Source: TPA_inf: Saccharomyces (taxonomy: Eukaryota). Taken from it: a stretch of 64,000 nt of DNA. Below, in pieces: positions 44,666-54,635 of the stretch (position 1 is the first letter of the stretch; each line of letters begins with the position of its first letter). The stretch is taken from NCBI GenBank assembly GCA_000146045.2, contig BK006947.3, positions 256,001-320,000 on the forward strand, written 5' to 3'. Position numbers and translations under genes: made by a program. Below the pieces are notes generated by a model that was not told where the DNA came from, searched no databases, and was given only the letters and a program-made list of their open reading frames with translations.

Positions 44666-45103
44666 CTATATTGTATTTAATAAATATTTCGGCGTGTGCT
44701 TTGTGGGTGCCACCTGTCTTGTATTTCCTATCCAACTGAATATTCTGGATATTGTCTTGTGCAATAGACCGGAAAAAAAAAAGTGAATGTTCCAACGCTT
44801 TGGAATACAATGATGGGTCAAGGATCGTGCTTTTGTTCGTTGGTGGATCGGCCGTACGTGTTTAGTGAGGGTACTATTTAAACTTACTTTAAATAGCAAA
44901 ATAGGAAAAGCTACGAGAAACTGAAAAGTAAAAAAAAAAAAAAAAAATAAAAAAAAAAGAAAAAAAAAGGAGAAACATGATTGCCAGTACTCGCAAGAAC
45001 TAAGATAGAGAGAAAAAGGACGATATATCAAGAAATAAAAGGGAAGGTAATTCAAGTAAGCACTGCTTAGCTGTCTGCATAGGAGCCTTCTGCAATTACT
45101 CAT
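44666..45103 (-). CDS. Short ORF (145 aa) in the RHO5 promoter region; corresponds to dubious YNL179C and is probably non-coding
   Basis: The frame is open through a poly(dA:dT) tract, so the product contains an FFFLFFLFFFFFF run. Confidence 0.1.
   Translation of the reverse strand: MSNCRRLLCRQLSSAYLNYLPFYFLIYRPFSLYLSSCEYWQSCFSFFFLFFLFFFFFFTFQFLVAFPILLFKVSLNSTLTKHVRPIHQRTKARSLTHHCIPKRWNIHFFFSGLLHKTISRIFSWIGNTRQVAPTKHTPKYLLNTI
44930..44968. promoter_or_regulatory. 39-nt poly(dA:dT) tract (37 of 39 A) in the RHO5 upstream region
   Basis: It starts with a run of 18 consecutive A, followed by A8 and A8 blocks, about 280 bp upstream of the RHO5 ATG. Tracts like this usually act as nucleosome-excluding promoter elements in yeast. 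Confidence 0.5.
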
Positions 45104-46420
45104 CTCATCGTATTCGTCATAACCCGTTACGTAACTGATTTGACCAAGAAGCGTAATGAAAATTTTGAGCGGACGCCGAAACGTTGTTTTTTTTTTGCTT
45201 TAGTCCAGATAATAACCTTTTATAATTTTCTTTTTAGGGAGGAAGACCGGTCTAAGCTCTTAGAGGTTCTCGCATACCCAAGTAAAAGCTAAGACCGAAG
45301 CAAACACGCAGGATAATTTTCCGGTTTACTCTCACTGCAGCTTTAGTATAGATGCAGATCTGGTATTGAGAGAGGGGGGCCGGAACGAAAAGATTCAGGG
45401 GAGAGAAAGGCCCGGGCGTCGGGGAACAAAACCACTTTTGCACACCTTAATTTTTTAGCTACTCTGTTTCTCCGGGCTTGTATGGCACATAAATAAAATT
45501 CTGCTACTTTCCATTATCTGGTCATCACTTACCGATGTGGAGAGCCTTGCCCTTGAAAAATAAGATAAGACCTCCGATTAGGGTATTTGAAATTAACCGC
45601 TGTAGAATGAAATAAGGACGCTTGTTTGACATTTTTTAGTTGCTTTCTCTATCTACCACCATTTGCATCTTGATTTATGTCTTGTTTGAGGAGATTTCGG
45701 ATAAATATTCTTCGAGGGGAAAATGTCGTAAAAATAAAAACAATAAAGAAACAAAACGATTAAAAGAAAAACTCAACCATCCTCAAAAGTCCTCCTCTTT
45801 TTTTTCACGTGCTGCGCTGATGTAAGCAGCAGGACATGGCAGGAAGAAAATCGGAGAATTGTGGCCGCGACACCTGACAAACAATCCTCAGGCAAATGTA
45901 AAATTGTACATGAAAGGCTGCGTAGTCAATGTCTTAGAAGGCCGGCCCGCATGATCCAGAAGCAGACCATAAAAAAAATAAAAATTCGCGGTCTGGCAGC
46001 AGGCATAAGATGCATAGCGTTATCCTAAATGACATCACGATGATAAATCCTCCGCCGCATGATGCTTTTGATTTGCCTAAGGGCCTGCCATCGTGCTGGC
46101 TCAAACTATTGAGGGTCAACATACCTTGAAAATCCAAGTAAAAGGATGGATATCGTTATACTAAAAGCAACACAGAAAAGGTCCACGTCAGTTCCACACA
46201 ATAACATTTACGTAGTGTTCACGCGAAGCAGTTACATCTCAACTAACATAATTGCTGGTGAGCCTACAACACTGCATGCGTAAACGTCAACGGGATTACG
46301 TTAGTATTTTTGGCCGCCGGTAAATTCTCTTGTTTTTTTTTCTTGATTTCACTTCTTTTCATGTTCCTTTGGAATAATCTAATTCCTCATGATTAAATGA
46401 GACTGTTTTTTGTTTCCGTA

Positions 46421-46434
46421 ACATCCATACCTTT
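46421..46434 (+). promoter_or_regulatory. Rap1/HOMOL1-like element ACATCCATACCTTT in the RPS3 promoter, followed by T-rich tracts
   Basis: It matches the ribosomal-protein-gene HOMOL1 variant AACATCYRTRCA at 11/12 and the Rap1 consensus ACACCCRYACAYM at 12/14. It lies about 250 bp upstream of the RPS3 ATG, with T-rich stretches at 46450-46500. Confidence 0.4.
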
Positions 46435-46679
46435 CCTGTATAATATTCTTGCTGTAAAGTTTGTTTTTTTTATGAAAAAAACATTTTCTTTTCTTGAGAT
46501 GAGGCGCCGCGAGCCTTTCTCCCATGGGCAGTGGTAAATTTTCCAAATCAATGCAGCTCTTTGAAATACAACAGCATTTTTCATACATTTTAAGCAATTT
46601 CTAGTTTGTAGATATTGTTAGATTAGTTTTTGAACATTGTTTTGATAACTGAAAATAAAACAGCAAACAAACTACAAAA

Positions 46680-47402
46680 ATGGTCGCTTTAATCTCTAAG
46701 AAAAGAAAGCTAGTCGCTGACGGTGTCTTCTACGCTGAATTGAACGAATTCTTCACCAGAGAATTAGCTGAAGAAGGTTACTCCGGTGTTGAAGTCCGTG
46801 TCACTCCAACCAAGACCGAAGTTATCATCAGAGCTACCAGAACTCAAGATGTTTTGGGTGAAAACGGTAGAAGAATCAACGAATTAACTTTGTTGGTTCA
46901 AAAGAGATTCAAGTACGCTCCAGGTACTATTGTCTTATATGCTGAAAGAGTTCAAGACCGTGGTTTGTCCGCTGTCGCTCAAGCTGAATCTATGAAATTC
47001 AAATTGTTGAACGGTTTGGCTATCAGAAGAGCTGCTTACGGTGTCGTCAGATACGTTATGGAATCTGGTGCTAAGGGTTGTGAAGTTGTTGTTTCCGGTA
47101 AACTAAGAGCTGCCAGAGCTAAGGCTATGAAATTTGCTGACGGTTTCTTGATTCACTCTGGTCAACCAGTCAACGACTTCATTGACACTGCTACTAGACA
47201 CGTCTTGATGAGACAAGGTGTTTTGGGTATCAAGGTTAAGATTATGAGAGACCCAGCTAAGAGCAGAACTGGTCCAAAGGCTTTGCCAGATGCTGTCACC
47301 ATCATTGAACCAAAAGAAGAAGAACCAATTCTTGCTCCATCTGTCAAGGACTACAGACCAGCTGAAGAAACTGAAGCTCAAGCTGAACCAGTTGAAGCTT
47401 AG
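46680..47402 (+). CDS. RPS3: Ribosomal protein S3 (uS3), YNL178W, 240 aa
   Basis: ATG at 46680 and exactly 240 aa. It has the KH-domain region ...[29 protein letters not shown]... and strong yeast codon bias. It is intronless, as RPS3 is known to be. Confidence 0.95.
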
Positions 47403-47685
47403 ATTTAATTATTAAATACATAAATAAACTATAAGTACAATAATTTCTTCTATTCTAGTGCACTTAATTGTTGCGGTTTCTTGCATATTGCCGTGTTTAG
47501 TCAGGAGGGTGCACGTTGAAGCAGTGCGTTGAAACTAGTTGTTATTTACAGAATCACAATATTATATAATCAAAAGAAAAGTTTTGTACAACACAACTGT
47601 GAATATAGGTTAAGAAGTGAGTAGCAGTTCATCTTTCTCAGCTTACAGGACGATTTCTCGGATATGAATGAGTTCGCTATCGTTT

Positions 47686-48660
<975 letters not shown>

Positions 48661-49069
48661 CTATGCGGCTCCTAATGGCGTATGTTAAAATGCCTTCCAG
48701 ATTGGATAGTTGACTTTTATTCAAAATCCCGAGTACAGTGAAGGCTTAGTTACCCCGCCCACAGAAGATTAATAGAATATCATGAGTACTGTTCAAGCAG
48801 CAAGCAGGAGAAAAGACTGAAAGAGTTTCGTATAATTTAGTATTTATTTATTTAGGAGAACTAAAATATTTTCTTTATACACAAAGAACAAAGTTTTCTT
48901 TTTTTTTCATTGCAGAATGGTATCATTGTTTTTTATGCCTTTTAAAAGGCCTTGTCGTTCTTCACTATTGGCAATAAAGATGTTTTTATGATTTTTAATA
49001 GTAGTGTTATTCAGCAAGAGCTGATTTTGCTTAATTAGTAAACATCATACTAATAGACTGAAGTCATCG

Positions 49070-50980
49070 TCATATAATTTCCCTCAAGAACCCTTGTGAA
49101 TTGTTCTGAACTGTATTTCTCTCATCATGAGAGATGTCATTATCTAAACCACGTCCGAGTCGTATCGAATTTGAAGATAAAGTAGAAAAGCCACCTTGAG
49201 TAGATGAACCCAATGACGAATATGTAAATGAAGAGCCATAGGAAAATCTGTTTTCCTGGTCCATGAAATTACTCCGCATATTTTGAAAGGAGCCATTCAT
49301 TGCGGTAACATTCCTTGGTGGTGGCACTGGAGGAGGATTTCCTCTTGCCTTAAAATTGAATTCGTTGCTGAACGGATTATTAGCAGAAGCAGTCTCGGTG
49401 TTTCGTTGCTGTGATCCCGAGTCTTGAGCTTGAAGTGACGCCTCTTTTGCTTGGGCAGTTGTTGGGAATCCCGTTCTGCGCCCAATCTCGTGACAGAAGG
49501 AATCGTTTTCCTTGAAATGCCTCTTTGCCTTCCTTTTTCTAACCAGCATGAACCAAACTACTAGTACACATATAAGAATACCACCGACGCTTCCTACCAC
49601 ACTTCCAACAATGGTACCAGTATTTGTCTTTGAAGTGCCTTGGTTTTTGTTATTATCCAAACTGCCATCAAGCCAGTGCTGATAGAAAGACATGTCAGCT
49701 GTGATCGTCGAAGATGGAGCGGAAAATGAGGTTACCTCACTTTTTGCAACTGCTATGGTCGTAGGTAATCCCGTCACGAACGTTGTAGAGGAGTCAGTAA
49801 TATCATATGTTTGGGTATAGAAATAATAAATAGTTTTTGAATCTTCGGAGCTTGAAATGGCTACCGTATTGAAGACCTGACTGGATGTTGGTATGGGAGA
49901 CGTAGAAATCGTACTAGTGCTGGGTGTTTGAGTGGTGGGTGGTATACTGCTGCTAGTAGTAGATTGTAAGGACTGAAAAGTATACGTGCTTGAGTAAGCA
50001 CTTGTTGTATCATCTGATGATGATGATGATGAAGGACGGTTTGAAGGTACTTTACTGCTGGATGAGCTAACAGAACTTGACGTTGGCACGGAAATCGTGC
50101 TTATGGAAACTGTCGAAGATGAAGCTGATGGACTGAGTTTCGATGATTTGCTTATGGTTGAAAAATCGTTCGTCGATGAAAGCGATGAACTGTAAAACGA
50201 TGTGGAAGTATTCCGACTGGAACTTGGGAATGTGGTATCTTTATTTGATATCGTAGAAGGAGAAGAAATTGTTGAGAACCAACTAGAAGAGAGTTCTGAA
50301 GTGGTACTAATTTGAAATGAAGTTGCAGATATGGAAGACAAGTATGTGTAACTAGGGGATATTACGGTGGGTGTTGATGGTGAGAAAATAGAAGATCTGC
50401 TGTCGAACGAAAACAATTTAGTGTCTGAATATGATGAAGATAGTGATAATGACAACGAGGACGATACCAGTAACGAAGATGGTGATGATAACGACGACCA
50501 TGATGATGACAGCGATGTAGCTGATGACGATAACGTTGGTGTTGTTGATGTTAACGATGACCATTCCGACGTTATTGACGACGATGATGACATTGGTGAC
50601 GTCGATGAGAAAATGGACATGGATGGTGTAATTATTGAGTATGAGGAGGTAGCTGGGTCATATTGGGAACTATACGTATCTTGCTCGCTCGATGAACTGC
50701 TGTCGGTAGATGATACTAAAGTACTTGTCGAAGATACATCAATGGATGTATGCAAAGTCTCATCATATGTTAAGCTTGTAGAATAATATGTAGGAGTAGC
50801 TGTACTAGACACGGGCGGTAATGAGGTCAGACTTCCTTGTTGGGGTACTAAAGTTGAAGTAGATGCGAAGACAACATCCGTTGATCGTGAATTCAGACTG
50901 CTACTTGGTTCACTGAATGACAGGGATATCGTATCAGATTCTCCAAGGGTGGTCCTTCCGATGGTACTATTGGAGTTCAT
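49070..50980 (-). CDS. TDA7: Tda7, Ser/Thr-rich single-pass membrane glycoprotein (YNL176C), 636 aa
   Basis: ATG at 50978-50980 and exactly 636 aa. About 450 aa are extremely S/T-rich (mucin-like), followed by one TM helix [24 protein letters not shown] and a basic stop-transfer RKRKAKRH. Confidence 0.85.
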   Translation of the reverse strand: MNSNSTIGRTTLGESDTISLSFSEPSSSLNSRSTDVVFASTSTLVPQQGSLTSLPPVSSTATPTYYSTSLTYDETLHTSIDVSSTSTLVSSTDSSSSSEQDTYSSQYDPATSSYSIITPSMSIFSSTSPMSSSSSITSEWSSLTSTTPTLSSSATSLSSSWSSLSSPSSLLVSSSLSLSLSSSYSDTKLFSFDSRSSIFSPSTPTVISPSYTYLSSISATSFQISTTSELSSSWFSTISSPSTISNKDTTFPSSSRNTSTSFYSSSLSSTNDFSTISKSSKLSPSASSSTVSISTISVPTSSSVSSSSSKVPSNRPSSSSSSDDTTSAYSSTYTFQSLQSTTSSSIPPTTQTPSTSTISTSPIPTSSQVFNTVAISSSEDSKTIYYFYTQTYDITDSSTTFVTGLPTTIAVAKSEVTSFSAPSSTITADMSFYQHWLDGSLDNNKNQGTSKTNTGTIVGSVVGSVGGILICVLVVWFMLVRKRKAKRHFKENDSFCHEIGRRTGFPTTAQAKEASLQAQDSGSQQRNTETASANNPFSNEFNFKARGNPPPVPPPRNVTAMNGSFQNMRSNFMDQENRFSYGSSFTYSSLGSSTQGGFSTLSSNSIRLGRGLDNDISHDERNTVQNNSQGFLREII

Positions 50981-51400
50981 ACGATGGCCAAAATAATTAC
51001 TCTATCCAGCTTTTCTTTTAGATTTCCTTCAGATATCGACGGATGGGGATTGAAATACTAAATGTGTGTCTTAAGCGAAAGTGTGCCAACAACCAGTCCA
51101 AAAAACGGATCAGTAGTGTTTCGGTACCTGGTGAGTAGTTTAGGATTTTATGAGTGTACGGCGATTATCAGTGTATTACTAATATGCGAACCGCTCCTAA
51201 AGATCTTGTTTACCTCATTTCTTTCTTCTTTTTTTTTTTTTTTTCCGTGCGTTCTCCCCGTGCCTTGATAAGCAATAATGGAAAAAATAAAAATAGCAGC
51301 AATTGGTTATACAATGTATATATAAAACATGAATGATTGAATAATTTACAAGCGAAATAATCGCATTATATACGTGGCACCTACAGTCAGTTCACGCTGA

Positions 51401-52612
51401 TTAGTCAAACTTCACTTTCTTACCTTGTGATGGGACAATAGCTGCAGAACCTCTCTGAGCAGTGGCTAAAGCTACACTGCTCTTAGTTCGGTTATTGGAA
51501 TCTACAGGTGGACGTCTGTTGGCGTTGGACCGCTTGTATTCGGGTTTGCTGCCGTTATCCTGTCCCGCACGATCGTATCCTTTGTTGTTAGAGATATCAA
51601 ATGATGAGGAATTGTTTCTGGATACATTTTCAACCTTCTTACGAACTTGTCTTTTACTTCTATCTTCACCGTATTCCATTCGCAATGGCCTTCCGGCAAT
51701 TTTTCTACAACTTTTATCCTTTAATGCATTAGTAGATCCTTCTTCATTCTTGAAGTCGATAAATGCGAATCCTTTACATTTACCACTATCTTCGAATGTT
51801 GCCATGCGGATTTTCACGATATCACCACAATGTTGGAAGTGTTTTCTTAACAGATCATCTGTGACATCGAATGACAAATTACCGACAAATAGAATCCTTG
51901 ACGGTGGATTTTTGGACATGGCAACTAAATCGTCCTTGTCTGGCCTACCTGAATAATTTTCGGAGTCCTTGATTAGCATATTCCTTCCGTTTAAATGAGA
52001 TTCAGATAATTCTAAGACCGCTTTCATCTGCTCGACGTTCTTGAAAAACATGTAGCAAAATCCCTTATTTTTCATGGCGTTAGAGTTCTTGGCAGCAACA
52101 CGAGGCATGGATAACCTGGTTATGTCTTGTTCGGTGACTCTGCTCTTTTCATCTTCGTTGTCTTTTGTTTTAGCAATAAAAAATCTTACTAAATCGTCCT
52201 TTGTGGTGTCGAAGGATAAGTTACCAATCCAAACACCATATTTATTTTCATCTTTCTTCTTCTTTTTTACAACCTCGCCAGATTCATCTCCTGTTGGAGT
52301 GTTGATTGTAGATTCTTCACCCTGGGCGTCTTTCTCAGAAGCACCAGACTTTTTCTTTTCAGCATCTTCTTTGTATTCCTCGATTGACTTAGGGTCGATA
52401 TTGTACTTCGCATTCAACTCCTCTAGAGTAACTTTACCTCTTCTCAAGAGACGTTTCTGTTTTTTTGATAGGGGAATGGAGCTTTTCAGGTCAATCTCAA
52501 TTTCATCTTCAGCTTTTCTCTTTTTTGTTGGATCGAGTAAAGCCTTCTTGACTTGTTCCTCGTTATCCTTTTTTGTAACAGCATCTTCTTTCGACAGTTC
52601 TGTTTCTGACAT
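51401..52612 (-). CDS. NOP13: Nop13, nucleolar RRM protein (YNL175C), 403 aa
   Basis: ATG at 52610-52612 and exactly 403 aa. It has two RRMs (GVWIGNLSFDTTKDDLVRFF...; ILFVGNLSFDVTDDLLRKHF...KGFAFIDFKNEE), and a PAC plus RRPE motif pair lies in the promoter. Confidence 0.88.
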   Translation of the reverse strand: MSETELSKEDAVTKKDNEEQVKKALLDPTKKRKAEDEIEIDLKSSIPLSKKQKRLLRRGKVTLEELNAKYNIDPKSIEEYKEDAEKKKSGASEKDAQGEESTINTPTGDESGEVVKKKKKDENKYGVWIGNLSFDTTKDDLVRFFIAKTKDNEDEKSRVTEQDITRLSMPRVAAKNSNAMKNKGFCYMFFKNVEQMKAVLELSESHLNGRNMLIKDSENYSGRPDKDDLVAMSKNPPSRILFVGNLSFDVTDDLLRKHFQHCGDIVKIRMATFEDSGKCKGFAFIDFKNEEGSTNALKDKSCRKIAGRPLRMEYGEDRSKRQVRKKVENVSRNNSSSFDISNNKGYDRAGQDNGSKPEYKRSNANRRPPVDSNNRTKSSVALATAQRGSAAIVPSQGKKVKFD

Positions 52613-52646
52613 TCTATCTCAAATTATAGAAAGTTGTTGGGTTTAG
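52074..52646 (+). CDS. Antisense ORF (190 aa) overlapping the NOP13 5' half; corresponds to dubious YNL174W and is probably non-coding
   Basis: Open frame opposite a conserved RRM gene; the product is low-complexity S/F-rich. Confidence 0.1.
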   Translation: MALEFLAATRGMDNLVMSCSVTLLFSSSLSFVLAIKNLTKSSFVVSKDKLPIQTPYLFSSFFFFFTTSPDSSPVGVLIVDSSPWASFSEAPDFFFSASSLYSSIDLGSILYFAFNSSRVTLPLLKRRFCFFDRGMELFRSISISSSAFLFFVGSSKAFLTCSSLSFFVTASSFDSSVSDILSQIIESCWV

Positions 52647-52705
52647 GTAATGTTCTGTGGGGAAAAGGATTTCTCTTTGTTGTATGGTTAAATTTATCAT
52701 CTATG

Positions 52706-52741
52706 CTCATCGCAATTTTTTCTTTCAGACTGAAAAATTTC
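52706..52741 (-). promoter_or_regulatory. PAC (GCGATGAG, 52706-52713 on the gene strand) plus RRPE (TGAAAAATTTC, 52731-52741) pair in the NOP13 promoter
   Basis: There is an exact PAC octamer about 95 bp, and an RRPE core AAAAATTT about 120 bp, upstream of the NOP13 ATG. The spacing is about 20 bp, the arrangement typical of ribosome-biogenesis regulon genes. Confidence 0.6.
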
Positions 52742-52956
52742 AGGTTTTTGCATTTCAACGGGAAACGTGACTCCTACAGAATTTTCTGAGCAAAGGCGTA
52801 CAAGCGAAATACAAAGACAAGCATGTGCTTTCGGCAAAAGTGCGATCCTACATCAGAGTTTACATACAACATGGTATTGTTATTAATACATAATTAGGTT
52901 TTACATAGTTAGGTATGGCGAGTACGTCATATATTTAGGTATTCTCCTGATTGTTT

Positions 52957-54057
52957 TCACTTCAAAAGCTGGGCCAACTTTTTAAAGAACCCTCCATTCT
53001 TAGCAGGGTTCTTTTGGACACCTTTATTTGGTGTTTCTTTCGTGCCCTTAGGTTTCGAAGGTCTAGTAGCTTTCTTAGCTTCGATTTTTTTTGCGGCAGC
53101 GGTAGGAGCGCCCTGTTTCGTCTCGTAAGTTTGAGTCTCAGTCGCAACCTTGCCGGTTGGTTTCACAGAAGTCTCTTTAGCATGGCTTGTAATTGAGCTT
53201 ACAGGTACTTTTTCTTCCGGTTTTTCAAATTTAGCGGATTTACTTAATGGTTCCTTATTTTGATCTTCTGAAGCTTCAGCGTCTGCACTTGTACTGGTGT
53301 CCTTACCGCCGCCTTTATCTTCGTCCTCTTCCTCTTCTTCCTTTTCAAGATCTTCGGCCGATAGTTCATATAATCTAGACTCAGAAGATTGCGTCTTACC
53401 CAAACCGTCCGTAACATATCCTTCACTCTTAACTAGATTAACTTTGGGGTGATTCTCTTCATACGGCTTGATTGCTTTTTCCTCGTTTACACCAACATTA
53501 TTCTCAATTATCGTTGTAGTACCGCTTAAGCCATCCGCATTCTTGCCCGTTTTGTTCACCTGCTGGGTTTCATCCTCGCTATCGGGCAATTCAACCACTT
53601 CTTGGGAAAATATCGACCTTTCTCCGGTTTGTTTATTTGTCTTGATCACTCTCTTGATCTTGAACTTTCTTAATTTTTTTGCACGTTTTTCAGCTTCTGG
53701 TTCGATAAGAGGGGCATTCTTTGAAACAGCTAATCCGGCACTTTCAGGTACCAGCGTGCTAGAGCCATTTTCGCGTTGCTTTATTACGTCTTCCTCGGTA
53801 ATAAAGTTGTTTTCCACTCCCTCGTCGATGTTCACCTTGTAGTCTTTGCTTGGCAGCCATTGGCCATCAACAATAAACTTGAAATAAAACTTGCTGCTAG
53901 GGCTATCAAACGTTACTGGCAGCGTTATTTCGAAGGCGCCACTGGGGTCCTTCACCATCGGCAAAGTACCTTTCCAGTCGTCGAACGTGCCTGTCAGAAT
54001 AATTGCTTCGGGTCCTTTGGGCCATTTGAACGTAAATTGAGGTAAGCTCGATTGCAT
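52957..54057 (-). CDS. MDG1: Mdg1, plasma-membrane protein with an AMPK-beta-like glycogen-binding (CBM48) domain, pheromone-pathway multicopy suppressor (YNL173C), 366 aa
   Basis: ATG at 54055-54057 and exactly 366 aa. The N-terminal CBM48-like region is FKWPKGPEAIILTGTFDDWKGTLPMVKDPSGAFEITLPV, followed by a KEEEEEDEDK acidic stretch. Confidence 0.82.
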   Translation of the reverse strand: MQSSLPQFTFKWPKGPEAIILTGTFDDWKGTLPMVKDPSGAFEITLPVTFDSPSSKFYFKFIVDGQWLPSKDYKVNIDEGVENNFITEEDVIKQRENGSSTLVPESAGLAVSKNAPLIEPEAEKRAKKLRKFKIKRVIKTNKQTGERSIFSQEVVELPDSEDETQQVNKTGKNADGLSGTTTIIENNVGVNEEKAIKPYEENHPKVNLVKSEGYVTDGLGKTQSSESRLYELSAEDLEKEEEEEDEDKGGGKDTSTSADAEASEDQNKEPLSKSAKFEKPEEKVPVSSITSHAKETSVKPTGKVATETQTYETKQGAPTAAAKKIEAKKATRPSKPKGTKETPNKGVQKNPAKNGGFFKKLAQLLK

Positions 54058-54635
54058 TCTAGAAACACTTTCCCTTTAATATTATCTTATAATGCTTAGA
54101 AAGTTAAATACCATCAAGAGAAAGAAAATTAGGTAATACAGAGGACAGAAGGACAGAAGTCGTTTCTATATTACATAAAAATCGGCCACCTTTTATTTTT
54201 TTAAACCACAAGAGAGGGGGAGAATGATGGATGTAAAACCTTAACCATGTCAATGCAAGGGCTCCCGCCCCAAAAGTTCCTATCGGGCCCCTTCGCTTCG
54301 CTGCCCCAGATATTTGCGGAAAAGGCCAGCCTCGCAGTATTTCACCAATGCCCTTACTTTGATAGTATGTATTTTGACTACTTTTTTTCATTTTTATCGC
54401 TTCTTTTTACTTTGTGCGGTGTAAACCCTACACAAAATAGGGCTTTCATTTAGTATTTACATTTGCACAAAAGTAGAGAAGATACGTAATAGTCATTGAA
54501 AGCATCGACATTTTTGGTGCTTGCTGACAAATTCACGGTGACAAAGTGAGCTAGAATATTGCTTATCGATAATCAGTGTGTTATAGCAGCGTTTTAATCT
54601 GTTTTTCCTTTCTTTAGTTTCTAGCGTTATAACTT

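Noticed and set aside
50367-50786. 139-aa plus-strand ORF encoding an extremely acidic D/E-rich protein
   Set aside because: It is the exact antisense of the TDA7 Ser/Thr-rich region (GA-rich versus TC-rich codons), so it is a compositional mirror artefact and not a gene.
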